A stretch of 64,000 nt of DNA from Bacilli bacterium (GTDB lineage: Bacteria > Bacillota_I > Bacilli_A > RFN20 > CAG-826), in assembly GCA_034185265.1 (NCBI GenBank), contig JAXFZD010000018.1:13388-77387 (forward strand), read 5' to 3'. The notes beneath the pieces were generated by a model, which saw nothing but the letters and a program-made list of their open reading frames with translations, was not told where the DNA came from and made no database searches. Position numbers and translations under genes: made by a program. The first letter of the stretch is position 1; every line of letters begins with the position of its first letter. Positions 11,522 to 21,303 of this stretch are shown here, piece after piece.

Positions 11522-11609
11522 AATTTTTTACCTCGGTCAATATTTTACTCACTTTGAAATTTTTTTGTAGATATTTGGAAAATTTATTTAAATCCTATAT
11601 ATTATATGC

Positions 11610-12479
11610 ATGCGCGGATTTATAGTAGTTAACTCTTTCCAAGTTATTCCACCTATTCAATACTGTATAGATAGAATAATTTATGAATTTAGGAAAAGTG
11701 ATTTAGAAATAGAAATCAAAACAACTTTCGACATTTTAGTCGAAATTAGAGAAAACAGATTTGGCAAATATGACTTTGCTCTTTTTTATGATAAAGAAAC
11801 TGAAGTTTGTTCTTTATTAGAAAGTAAAGGCGTAAGAGTTTTTAATCCTTCGAAATCCATTGAAGAGTGTGATGACAAATACACAACTTATAAAGTTTTG
11901 AAGGCTCATAAAATACCTCAACCAGATACAATGTTGAGTCCATTAAATTACTCAAATCTGTTAAATGATGCAATTTTGTACAAAATTAAAGAATATTTTG
12001 GATTTCCATTAGTCATAAAAGAAGTCCATGGATCCTTAGGAAAGAAAGTTTATTTAGTTAATAACATGAAAGAATTTGCCGAAAAGGAGCAAGAAATTGT
12101 TAATTCAAAGCATATCTTCCAGAAATTTATTAAATCTTCTAAAGGCGTTGACTATAGAGTTCTTATTTTAGGGCATAAAGTTGTAGGTTGTATAAAAAGA
12201 GAATCCCCCAAAGATTTTAGATCGAACCTTTCTACAGGAGGTCAAGCTTCTCAAGTTGAGCTACCAAAAGAATTTACTGCTTTGGCAATTAAAGTTTCTA
12301 AAATTCTTAATTTAGATTATTGTGGGGTTGACTTACTTGTAGATGAAGATGGTTCTCCTTTAGTTTGCGAAGTTAATTCAAACGCATTCTTTAGAGGCTT
12401 TGAACAGGCAACAAACATCAACGTCGCTAGAAAGATAGTTGACTACATCATAGAGGTTATTTCTAATGAGAATAAATAG
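11610..12479 (+). CDS. RimK-family ATP-grasp ligase
   Basis: DDKY.T...L, FPLVIKEVHGSLGKKV, DYRVLILG, DFRSNLSTGG, GVDLL...VCEVNS. Confidence 0.88.
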   Translation: MRGFIVVNSFQVIPPIQYCIDRIIYEFRKSDLEIEIKTTFDILVEIRENRFGKYDFALFYDKETEVCSLLESKGVRVFNPSKSIEECDDKYTTYKVLKAHKIPQPDTMLSPLNYSNLLNDAILYKIKEYFGFPLVIKEVHGSLGKKVYLVNNMKEFAEKEQEIVNSKHIFQKFIKSSKGVDYRVLILGHKVVGCIKRESPKDFRSNLSTGGQASQVELPKEFTALAIKVSKILNLDYCGVDLLVDEDGSPLVCEVNSNAFFRGFEQATNINVARKIVDYIIEVISNENK

Positions 12480-13431
12480 TAAAAAGATTATCTCCATCAA
12501 TGGATTTAATTGCAAATACCATATTTGGGGTCAAGACGAGACAAACCCTATCATTATTTTTGTTCATGGCGGCCCTGGCCTTCCAATTAGACATAAAATA
12601 AAAAAGAATTTTAAAGATTTAACTGATAAATATACTTTAGTTTGTTATGACCAAAGAGGCACAGCTGGTTCATATTCTTCTTCTATGAAGCAAGAAGATC
12701 TGACTTTAGATAAGTTAATTAGTGACTTAGTTAGACTTGCAGAATATTTCCTCAAAACTTCTGCCACCGATAAAATCTATTTAATTGGAGAATCATTTGG
12801 ATCTTTAATCTCCGTAGGAGCTTTAACTAAAGCACCTCAACTTTTCTCTGGATACATTGGTGTTGGTCAATATACTGACACAATCGAGATGCTAAAAGAA
12901 CAATATCGCCTTCTTAAAGAAGAATGTGAAAAAAATAGAGATGGCTATGTTTTAGATTTCTTAAATACACTTCCAGAATTAACAAATAAAATTACCTGGA
13001 ACGAAGAACAATGTAATAAATTTATTTCTTATCTATATAAGATTCTTGATTACGGTAGACAAGATCAATGGAAGAAAGCTGTTGTTAAACCGCTAAGAAA
13101 AACATGGGAATTTACTAGAAAAGAAAAAAGACAAATCAAATTTGGAAGAGATCTTTATCATAAAGCAATGGGTTATCAATGCTATTCAGTTAGAAATTTC
13201 GGGCTTAAATTTGAATGTCCATTTTATGCCCTAAGTGGTGAAAAAGACTTCACAACCCCGATATCTTTATCGAAATCGTATGTTAAAAACGAAATTAATG
13301 CTCCAGATCATAAGTTTGTAACTTTCGAAAATTGTGGTCATTCATGCATGTTTGAACAACCCCAAAGATTCATGGTCTTAGTTAGAAAATTCTTCTCTAA
13401 CTATAGACAAAATATGTTTGAAAAAGATTAA
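12466..13431 (+). CDS. Alpha/beta hydrolase (proline-iminopeptidase-like)
   Basis: HGGPG, YDQRG, GESFG nucleophile elbow, C-terminal D and GH. Confidence 0.85.
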   Translation: MRINSKKIISINGFNCKYHIWGQDETNPIIIFVHGGPGLPIRHKIKKNFKDLTDKYTLVCYDQRGTAGSYSSSMKQEDLTLDKLISDLVRLAEYFLKTSATDKIYLIGESFGSLISVGALTKAPQLFSGYIGVGQYTDTIEMLKEQYRLLKEECEKNRDGYVLDFLNTLPELTNKITWNEEQCNKFISYLYKILDYGRQDQWKKAVVKPLRKTWEFTRKEKRQIKFGRDLYHKAMGYQCYSVRNFGLKFECPFYALSGEKDFTTPISLSKSYVKNEINAPDHKFVTFENCGHSCMFEQPQRFMVLVRKFFSNYRQNMFEKD

Positions 13432-14513
13432 CTTACGTAATTTAAATAAGCCTTATAAGCTTCAATTAATAAATCTTTATCGGATTGATAGGAGAGGGTT
13501 CTGATTGCATCTTCTATATTTAGATAGAAGGCATCTTGTACCTCTTCTTTTTGTATCTTTGTAGGTCTTTGATTACTTTGTCCAACAAAATACTTAACTT
13601 CTTTTAAAATGCCTTTTTCAGGTGAAAAATAAACTGATTTCATGAAAATATCGAGGACGTGTATGCGAATTCCGGTTTCTTCAAACACTTCTCTTTTTAA
13701 TGATTCTTTTTCTGATTCATCATTTTCTTCCCTATGACCTTTAGGCAAAGCATAGTGACCACCAGCCATATGTTCGATTAATATTTTGAATTCATCATTG
13801 ATGATCACACCACCGATAGAAAGATCTTTCTTTCCAAAAATATTGCATAAAGTATTAATCTCTTCGTCATTTAGTCCGATAGATTCACAATATTCCTCCG
13901 CTGTGCCGTATCTATTTAAAAACGCATCATAGAACTCTCTAAGATAAAAAATATTTGGCGTTAATAAAAATTCAGGAACCTCAGGTCTATTCTTTCTTGT
14001 ATCTATAGTCATATTAAATAGATATGGGAAAGAAAGCATGTAATCAGCGTTTATATCATTAAAACTAACTCCGTTAAGAAGTAATAAAAGGAAAGAGAAA
14101 ACTCCTGTTCTATCTTTCCCAGCATTGCAGTGTATTACTAAAGGCTTTGGAGAAGTAACAATTGCCTTAAGTATTTTTCTTGCTGAATAAGGATCTTCTA
14201 ACATCTCAAAATAGGATTCAATTCCATCATTATGAGAAGTTGGAATTCTGCCATTACCATTCACTTTTAATGAAACATAGCTGATTTTTGCGGAGTTTTT
14301 GAAAGGGTTTGGTAATTTTTCCTTTACTTCATCTTCGCGCAAATCTATGACAGATTTAATTTCTAAGTCTTCTATTTTCTTTATATCATTTTCAGTTGCA
14401 TAAGCTAAAGTAGCAGATCTATAAATGACTCCGAATTGAGCTGTTCCATAGGAGCACTCATATCCTCCTAAGTCTCTAAAGTTTTCAATTTGTTCAAAGT
14501 TATAACTACGCAT
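13428..14513 (-). CDS. Tyrosine-phosphatase-family domain fused to a C-terminal NUDIX hydrolase
   Basis: NFRDLGGY and HCNAGKDRTG (CX5R) motifs; C-terminal PKGHRE...REVFEETG Nudix box. Confidence 0.85.
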   Translation of the reverse strand: MRSYNFEQIENFRDLGGYECSYGTAQFGVIYRSATLAYATENDIKKIEDLEIKSVIDLREDEVKEKLPNPFKNSAKISYVSLKVNGNGRIPTSHNDGIESYFEMLEDPYSARKILKAIVTSPKPLVIHCNAGKDRTGVFSFLLLLLNGVSFNDINADYMLSFPYLFNMTIDTRKNRPEVPEFLLTPNIFYLREFYDAFLNRYGTAEEYCESIGLNDEEINTLCNIFGKKDLSIGGVIINDEFKILIEHMAGGHYALPKGHREENDESEKESLKREVFEETGIRIHVLDIFMKSVYFSPEKGILKEVKYFVGQSNQRPTKIQKEEVQDAFYLNIEDAIRTLSYQSDKDLLIEAYKAYLNYVS

Positions 14514-14527
14514 AGGGAGATTATATC

Positions 14528-14550
14528 AAAAAAAGAGGGATAACCCTCTT
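14528..14550 (-). terminator. Intrinsic terminator of mscL
   Basis: AAGAGGG-ataa-CCCTCTT hairpin with an A-run (U-tract on the minus strand). Confidence 0.7.
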
Positions 14551-14571
14551 AAAAAATGAATTCTTGATTTT

Positions 14572-15303
14572 TTATTTTTTTACTTCGCCTTTTTTAAGTT
14601 CAGCAAGAATTTGAGTTAACAATTCTTCAGTTGTTGGCTTTGGAGCCTCTGGTTCTGGTTCAACTGGTCTCTCTTCTGGATGCTTCTTGTAATATTCTTC
14701 TTTAGCTCTTTCCTTAAGTGCAGCATTCTTAGCTTGTACTCTAGCAATAGTTCTAATGATTAAGAATAAGACAAATGCGATTACTAAGAAGGAAATAATT
14801 GCGTTAACTAATGTTCCCCAATCAAGGATTGCGGCATTGTTGTAAACGTATTTACCACCATGAAGTGTGTATTTTCCAAGTAAAGCAGTTTGCATTGAGC
14901 CATATCCTGCGGTATCAGTGATAACGGCTGTTCCATCAGGGTTGATTGTACCAACATTACTTCCTTGACTTGCGGCAAATCTAATTACGACTGCTGTTAA
15001 TTGATCAGTTGTAAATACTTGTCCAACACCAGCAACGCCTGCTTGAGCAGAATTTGCAGCTGGTAATACAGTTACCCAACCTTTAATTCCACCAGGAATT
15101 TGCCATGTACAAACAGCAAGTAAGATGCTGACAACAGCTGTAACGATTGCTGAGAAAGCTCCGCCGATTACGACACCAACTGCCATATCGACAACATTTC
15201 CTCTAGAAATGAATTTTCCAAAATCTTTCCAGAAATTCTTTGTTGAGTTTACGGCTTTGTTGCCAATCTTCTTGGCACCCTTTTCTTTCTTTTCTTTTGC
15301 CAT
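14572..15303 (-). CDS. mscL: Large-conductance mechanosensitive channel with enlarged extracellular loop
   Basis: FGKFISRGNVVDMAVGVVIGGAF, WGTLVNAIISFLVIAF, EELLTQILAELKK. Confidence 0.9.
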   Translation of the reverse strand: MAKEKKEKGAKKIGNKAVNSTKNFWKDFGKFISRGNVVDMAVGVVIGGAFSAIVTAVVSILLAVCTWQIPGGIKGWVTVLPAANSAQAGVAGVGQVFTTDQLTAVVIRFAASQGSNVGTINPDGTAVITDTAGYGSMQTALLGKYTLHGGKYVYNNAAILDWGTLVNAIISFLVIAFVLFLIIRTIARVQAKNAALKERAKEEYYKKHPEERPVEPEPEAPKPTTEELLTQILAELKKGEVKK

Positions 15304-15743
15304 AATTTAACCTCCTGAAAAATCATAGCACAAACATCTCAAAATTCAATAAATCGAAGCATATATTTCCTATACATATTTATATATATAAAAGGTTAAA
15401 TTTAGTACTGAAAACACTACCTAACGTAAATCCACTTTAATTGAAAATTTTTTTTACTTTTTCCAATTTTAAATAAAACCATTACACGTATGCCCTCTTT
15501 TTTAGGTTTTAAAATTTATTCACACGTTTTTATAAAAATAAAATGGGCTTTTAATCGATTGAAAACGTATTTTTTTGTATCGTGTTATAAAAATTCCCCA
15601 CATATTTTTTTATATTGACACCTTATATTTAAACCAAAAAACTACTAAAAAAATCCAAAAGGTCGGTAAAACCCCATTAAACGAGTGAAAAATCAATTAT
15701 TTATTAATAAATAAGGGGGTAAAAAACGGGTAAAGTATTTCAT

Positions 15744-15771
15744 TTGATTTTTATTTTAATAGTGATATATT
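15744..15771 (+). promoter_or_regulatory. Putative nrdD promoter
   Basis: TTGATT, 16-bp spacer, TG-n-TATATT extended -10 about 80 bp upstream of the ATG. Confidence 0.45.
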
Positions 15772-15852
15772 TACCCCACTCGAAAATAAAGCGGGTATAA
15801 ACAAACTAGGTTATTCCTTGTTTTTTTAATACCCCAAAGGGAGAGAAGAGTT

Positions 15853-18243
15853 ATGTTAAAAGTTATTAAAAGAGATGGAACATTTGCCGATTTCGACATT
15901 AAGAAAATTGAGAGTGCAATTCAAAAAGCATTTTTTGCTGAACACAAGACAGTAAACCATGATGTTATTGAATTATTAGCTTTAAGGGTTACTGCTGAAT
16001 TTAATAAGAAAGTTTCTAATGAAACTATTGGAGTTGAAGATATCCAAGATGCAGTCGAAGTTGTCTTAATTCAATCAGGCTATGTTGATGTCGCTAGATC
16101 CTATATGGATTATAGAGGCAAAAGAACAGCAATTAGAAACGTAAAATCCACAGATTTAGACTTCAAAAAAGTCGTTGATTCTTACTTAAAAGTCGCCGAC
16201 TGGAGAGTTAAAGAAAATTCTACTGTTACTTATTCCGTTGGTGGATTAATTTTATCCAATTCTGGCGCTGTTACAGCTAATTATTGGCTTTCTGAAATCT
16301 ATGATAAGGAAATTGCTGATGCACACCGTAATGCAGACATTCATATTCATGATTTATCCATGCTTACAGGTTACTGCGCAGGTTGGTCATTAAAACAACT
16401 TATTCAACAAGGATTAGGCGGTGTTCCTGGAAAGATTACATCTGCTCCAGCAAAGCACTTAATGACCTTATGTAACCAAATGGTTAACTTCTTAGGAATT
16501 ATGCAAAATGAATGGGCTGGCGCTCAAGCATTCTCCTCTTTTGATACTTACTTAGCTCCATTTGTTAAAGCTGATCATCTTTCTTATAGAGAGGTTAAAC
16601 AATGTATTCAATCCTTTATTTTCGGTGTTAACACTCCTTCTAGATGGGGGACTCAAGCTCCATTTACTAATATTACATTAGACTGGACTGTTCCTGATGA
16701 CATGGCAAATTTACCAGCTATTGTTGGTGGAAAAGAAATGGCCTTCACATATGCTGATTGTAAAGAAGAAATGGCTATGGTTAATAAAGCATTCATCGAA
16801 TGTATGATTGAAGGTGATGCTAACGGAAGAGGATTCCAATATCCTATCCCAACTTATTCAATCACAAGAGAATTCGATTGGTCTGACACAGAAAACAACC
16901 GTCTTCTCTTCGAAATGACCGCTAAATACGGAACCCCTTATTTCTCTAACTACATCAATTCTGATATGAAACCAAGTGATGTCAGATCTATGTGTTGTAG
17001 ATTAAGACTCGACTTAAGAGAATTAAGAAAGAAATCCGGTGGATTCTTTGGTTCTGGAGAATCTACAGGTTCTATTGGTGTTGTTACTATCAATATGCCA
17101 AGAATTGCTTATTTATCAGTAGATAAAACTGACTTCTACGCAAAACTTGATAGATTAATGGATGTTGCTGCAAGAAGCTTACACATTAAAAGAGAAACAG
17201 TCTCTAAACTTCTCGAAGCTGGATTATATCCATATACAAAGCACTATTTAGGAGCTTTCAATAACCACTTCTCCACTATTGGTTTAGTTGGTATGAACGA
17301 AGCTTGCTTAAATGCTAGATGGATTAAAGCTGATTTAACAACTTCTGAGGCTCAAGCCTTCACTGAAGAAGTTTTAAATCATATGAGAGAAAGATTATCT
17401 GATTATCAAGAACAATATGGCGATCTCTATAATCTAGAAGCAACTCCAGCCGAATCTACAGCTTATAGATTAGCTAAACATGATAAGAAGAGATATCCAG
17501 ATATCATCACTGCTTCTATGGAAGGAGAAACTCCTTACTATACAAATTCAAGCCATCTCCCAGTTGGCTATACCGATGATATCTTCTCTGCTTTAGATAT
17601 TGAAGATAGATTCCAAACTCTTTATACATCTGGAACTGTTTTCCATGCTTTCTTAGGACAAAAATTACCAGATTACAAGTCTTGTATGAAATTAGTCAGA
17701 AAGATTGCTGAAAACTATAAACTTCCATATTACACAATGTCCCCAACTTATTCTATCTGTGCCGATCATGGATATATCACTGGTGAACAATATAAGTGCC
17801 CACATTGTGGAAAAGAAACAGAAGTCTATTCTAGAATCACCGGATACTATAGACCAGTCAAAAACTGGAATTCTGGTAAAGTCCAAGAGTTCAAACAAAG
17901 AAAAACATATGACGTTGAAAACCATAATTCCATCAACGTTCAAGAAGGCGATAATTGCAAAATTGAAGTAAAAGAAGCGGTTTCTGCACCGATTTTGGAT
18001 GAAATTGTCTTATTTACTTCCCCAACTTGTCCAAACTGCAAGATGGCAAAAATGCTTCTTGATAAAGAAGGAATTAAATATCACAACATCGATGCTACAA
18101 CCAATAAAGAACTTGCTGAAATATTCAACATCAAGCAAGCTCCAACTCTTCTTGTTCCAAAGAATGGTTCATATGAATCCTTCGATAATGCTTCTTTAAT
18201 TAGAGGATATATCGAAGAAGAAAAAAGAAACAAATTAAACTAA
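15853..18243 (+). CDS. nrdD: Anaerobic (class III) ribonucleoside-triphosphate reductase with ATP cone and C-terminal glutaredoxin/NrdH-like domain
   Basis: VIKRDG ATP cone; SMCCRL finger loop; CADHG/CPHCG zinc site; YSRITGYYRP glycyl-radical loop; C-terminal FTSPTCPNCKMAK...IKQAPTL. Confidence 0.95.
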   Translation: MLKVIKRDGTFADFDIKKIESAIQKAFFAEHKTVNHDVIELLALRVTAEFNKKVSNETIGVEDIQDAVEVVLIQSGYVDVARSYMDYRGKRTAIRNVKSTDLDFKKVVDSYLKVADWRVKENSTVTYSVGGLILSNSGAVTANYWLSEIYDKEIADAHRNADIHIHDLSMLTGYCAGWSLKQLIQQGLGGVPGKITSAPAKHLMTLCNQMVNFLGIMQNEWAGAQAFSSFDTYLAPFVKADHLSYREVKQCIQSFIFGVNTPSRWGTQAPFTNITLDWTVPDDMANLPAIVGGKEMAFTYADCKEEMAMVNKAFIECMIEGDANGRGFQYPIPTYSITREFDWSDTENNRLLFEMTAKYGTPYFSNYINSDMKPSDVRSMCCRLRLDLRELRKKSGGFFGSGESTGSIGVVTINMPRIAYLSVDKTDFYAKLDRLMDVAARSLHIKRETVSKLLEAGLYPYTKHYLGAFNNHFSTIGLVGMNEACLNARWIKADLTTSEAQAFTEEVLNHMRERLSDYQEQYGDLYNLEATPAESTAYRLAKHDKKRYPDIITASMEGETPYYTNSSHLPVGYTDDIFSALDIEDRFQTLYTSGTVFHAFLGQKLPDYKSCMKLVRKIAENYKLPYYTMSPTYSICADHGYITGEQYKCPHCGKETEVYSRITGYYRPVKNWNSGKVQEFKQRKTYDVENHNSINVQEGDNCKIEVKEAVSAPILDEIVLFTSPTCPNCKMAKMLLDKEGIKYHNIDATTNKELAEIFNIKQAPTLLVPKNGSYESFDNASLIRGYIEEEKRNKLN

Positions 18244-18268
18244 AGCCTTGGTGACAAGGCTCTTTTTT
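18244..18268 (+). terminator. Intrinsic terminator after nrdD
   Basis: AGCCTTG-gtga-CAAGGCT followed by TTTTTT. Confidence 0.75.
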
Positions 18269-18284
18269 ACTAAAGGAGTTAACT

Positions 18285-19184
18285 ATGTACGATACAATTG
18301 TTATAGGTGGTGGCCCCGCAGGAATGACCGCAGCTTTATATTTAAGAAGAGCAAATAAAACAGTTTTAATTATCGAAAAAGACGCTATTGGAGGACAAAT
18401 TGCCGAATCTCCTAGATTAGAAAACTTCCCTTCAATCTCTTCTATCTCAGGCATGGATTTTGCTAATAATTTATTTGAGCAAATCATGAACTTAGGAGCC
18501 GAATTAGAAATTGACGAAGTTAAAGAAGTAAATAAAAATAATGATAGCTTCACTGTTATTACCAAATATGGCAGATTTGAATCTAAAACCATCGTAATTG
18601 CTACTGGCTGCAAACATAGAAAACTAGGAATTGAAGGCGAAGATAGACTTGCTGGAAAAGGAGTTTCCTACTGTGCTGTTTGTGATGGAGCTTTCTATAA
18701 AGATAAAGATGTAGTTCTTATTGGAGATGCAAATACTGCCTGCCAATACGCTATTTCTTTAGCAGAAACTAGCAAAAACGTTTATTTAATCACCTTATTT
18801 GATAAATTCTTTGCTGATCAAATTCTTGTTGATAGAATTAAAAATCTTCCTAACGTATTTGTTTCTCATAACATGAATTCTATTTCTTTTAACGGAGAAA
18901 ACGCATTGGAATCCGTTACATTTAGAAATACTCAAACTAATGAAATAAAGACAATTCCTTGTGAAGGAGCTTTTGTTGCCATCGGACAAATTCCTTGCAA
19001 CGAAATCTTCTCTAAGTTTGTTGAACTAGAAAAAGGATTTATTGTAACTAACGAGCAAATGGAAACTTCTACTCCAAAAATCTATGCTGTAGGAGATTGC
19101 AGAGTTAAAAACGTTAGACAAGTAATAACTGCAACTAATGACGGAGCTATCGCAGCGCTATCTATAATTAATAAATTAAATTAA
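18285..19184 (+). CDS. trxB: Thioredoxin reductase
   Basis: IGGGPAGMTAA, GVSYCAVCDG redox CXXC, IYAVGD...RQVITA. Confidence 0.92.
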   Translation: MYDTIVIGGGPAGMTAALYLRRANKTVLIIEKDAIGGQIAESPRLENFPSISSISGMDFANNLFEQIMNLGAELEIDEVKEVNKNNDSFTVITKYGRFESKTIVIATGCKHRKLGIEGEDRLAGKGVSYCAVCDGAFYKDKDVVLIGDANTACQYAISLAETSKNVYLITLFDKFFADQILVDRIKNLPNVFVSHNMNSISFNGENALESVTFRNTQTNEIKTIPCEGAFVAIGQIPCNEIFSKFVELEKGFIVTNEQMETSTPKIYAVGDCRVKNVRQVITATNDGAIAALSIINKLN

Positions 19185-19876
19185 TTATCGTAGCCTCTTA
19201 AAGAAGCATATTTAACAAAGGGATTCACTATATCAAGGAATTCCTTTGCTTTTTTTAAATCAACTTCATGTAATCCTTCTTTAATAGTGTTTCGATCAAT
19301 AAATTTTTGTAAGAAATATTTCTCACTTCCTTCAAGCCACTCTGCAATATCTTTTATATCACTAAAAGAATGGAATTCTTCAATTAAAGTTGTTCTAAAT
19401 TCATAAGGAACGTGTCCTTCTTTTAGAAAAGAAACCGATTCATCTATTCGCGTAAGATCAACAAAATCTAAACCTACTGTTTGAGTGTAATTCTTCTTAG
19501 AATTCTTTATATCCATAGCGACATAATCTACTAACTTCTTATTAACTAAGTCTTTAAGAATTTTAGGATTATATCCATTTGTATCTAATTTAACTTTATA
19601 TCCTAAAGCTTTTATTGCTTTAATCTTTTCTTCTAAATCATCTAAAAGAGTTGGCTCTCCTCCAGTTATAGTTACTCCTTCAAGAATGCCTTTTCTTTTT
19701 TCTAAATAACTTAAAATATCTTCAAAAGGAATTTCTTTAGCCTCTTTTGGATGAACAACTAAAGAAGAATTATGACAAAAAGGACATCTAAATTGGCACC
19801 TACATGTGAATAAAGTAGCTCCAATTACAGAGTCATAATCAACTAAGGATAGTTTTTCAAATCCTACAAATTCCAC
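19181..19876 (-). CDS. nrdG: Anaerobic RNR activating radical-SAM enzyme
   Basis: CQFRCPFCHN (CX3CX2C), GVTITGGEPT, KLDTNG, VAMDIK, EFRTT; adjacent to nrdD. Confidence 0.88.
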   Translation of the reverse strand: MEFVGFEKLSLVDYDSVIGATLFTCRCQFRCPFCHNSSLVVHPKEAKEIPFEDILSYLEKRKGILEGVTITGGEPTLLDDLEEKIKAIKALGYKVKLDTNGYNPKILKDLVNKKLVDYVAMDIKNSKKNYTQTVGLDFVDLTRIDESVSFLKEGHVPYEFRTTLIEEFHSFSDIKDIAEWLEGSEKYFLQKFIDRNTIKEGLHEVDLKKAKEFLDIVNPFVKYASLRGYDN

Positions 19877-21216
19877 TATTTATTTAAATTCCCTAATATT
19901 TCTGTTACAGCATCAACAAATGTTGTTATATCTGTATATGTTCCTAAATTTCTTGGGAATTTAACTTCCTCACCTAAAGAATATGTATTTTTAAGATTAA
20001 CATCTACTCCAATTTTTACTGGCTCGAAACTTATATCAAAATCTAAGTCTGTAGGAAGCCCGCTAATATCCTTTTTAGCCCCTTCAATTACTGAGTCATC
20101 TATGTCAATTTTTGAGGCTGCTTTAATCTTAAAAAATGAATCAAATATGTTATTTTCATCAAAAGAGACGGAAATTGCAGAGTTTTCATCTAAATCTATC
20201 TTTTCCATTATCTCTTGTTTGTGCTCTTCTAAAGTTTCACAAGGGCAATCAACAAAAGTCATTTTAGCAAGATTGTCATAATTAATTGCTACACTCCCAA
20301 CATATTTCGAACCTTCTAAAACGAAGTCCATATATTCACTAAGTTCATCATAGAAATCTCCACTAAGAAGATCACTCATTGAACTATAGTCACCACTAAA
20401 TAGATTGAGCATTCCAAAATCAAATGACCCTATTACTTCAGAAAGGGATTTATCTTTTATTTGAATTGTATCGGGATCAATCTTGATCTTTCTAAATAAT
20501 CCAGCTATTAAAGAAACATCTTCGCTTTCTGGGAAAATCTCGGAAAGTATGTAGTCTATTTGAAGATTTTCTGAATTAATATAGACAACTCCATCTTTTA
20601 CGTAAGTTGCATAGCCAAACTTTCCATCTGGTTCAATTATAAGGCCTTCTTTATTTTCTCTTTTAAGGTTGAATTTAACGTTTTCTGAGTCTGCTTTAGC
20701 TGCTAATTTAAGCTGCTTAAGATCTTCAGCTTTAATATTTTCATTATTGAAAATTGATAAACCTTCTCCAGCATAACTAGCTACAATTTCAGGAATTTCT
20801 AGGTTAATAAAATCAACATAACTTTGTCCGGATTTTTTATCGATATCTAAATCCATCGCACCAGTGGTGTCGACTTTGATCTTATCTAAGGCTTTATTCT
20901 TCTCAATAGCTGACTTTAAAACACGTATTCCTTCTTCTTTGGAAACTCTTTGATCTGCGGAAGAACTTTCAACTTGCTCGCTTGATGAACTCTGAGTTTG
21001 TTCACTTGATGAACTTTGGACTTTTTCACTTGAAGAACTTTGAGTTTGTTCACTTGAAGAAAGAACTTCACTCGAATGAGAAGAAACCGAAGTTTCTGCA
21101 CTAGAAAAAGCAGAAGTTAAGCTTTCTTCAGATGTTGCTGGAGCTGGATTTCCGCCTCCGCCCCCACAAGAAGCTAATAAACATGCACTAGCTAATATCA
21201 ATAATTTTTTAACCAT
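19876..21216 (-). CDS. Lipoprotein with Ser-rich linker
   Basis: MVKKLLILASACLLASC lipobox, then GGGGG and Ser-rich repeats; start at 21216 behind GAGGG. Confidence 0.8.
   Translation of the reverse strand: MVKKLLILASACLLASCGGGGGNPAPATSEESLTSAFSSAETSVSSHSSEVLSSSEQTQSSSSEKVQSSSSEQTQSSSSEQVESSSADQRVSKEEGIRVLKSAIEKNKALDKIKVDTTGAMDLDIDKKSGQSYVDFINLEIPEIVASYAGEGLSIFNNENIKAEDLKQLKLAAKADSENVKFNLKRENKEGLIIEPDGKFGYATYVKDGVVYINSENLQIDYILSEIFPESEDVSLIAGLFRKIKIDPDTIQIKDKSLSEVIGSFDFGMLNLFSGDYSSMSDLLSGDFYDELSEYMDFVLEGSKYVGSVAINYDNLAKMTFVDCPCETLEEHKQEIMEKIDLDENSAISVSFDENNIFDSFFKIKAASKIDIDDSVIEGAKKDISGLPTDLDFDISFEPVKIGVDVNLKNTYSLGEEVKFPRNLGTYTDITTFVDAVTEILGNLNK
20961..21075 (-). repeat. Intragenic 24-bp tandem repeat encoding SSSSE(Q/K)(T/V)(Q/E) octapeptides
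   Basis: About 4 imperfect copies of TTCACTTGA(T/A)GAACT(T/C)TG... with 24-bp period. Confidence 0.8.
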
Positions 21217-21303
21217 AAACAACCCTCGCCGTAAGATTATCATACACTATAAAACGATAAAAATTTATTTCAATTGAAATAACTTATAAATTGAATATAA
21301 TTT

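Noticed and set aside
15310-15850. Replication origin in the AT-rich mscL-nrdD spacer
   Set aside because: Only one DnaA-box match (TTATTCACA, 15516-15524); no dnaA; gene strand bias does not switch
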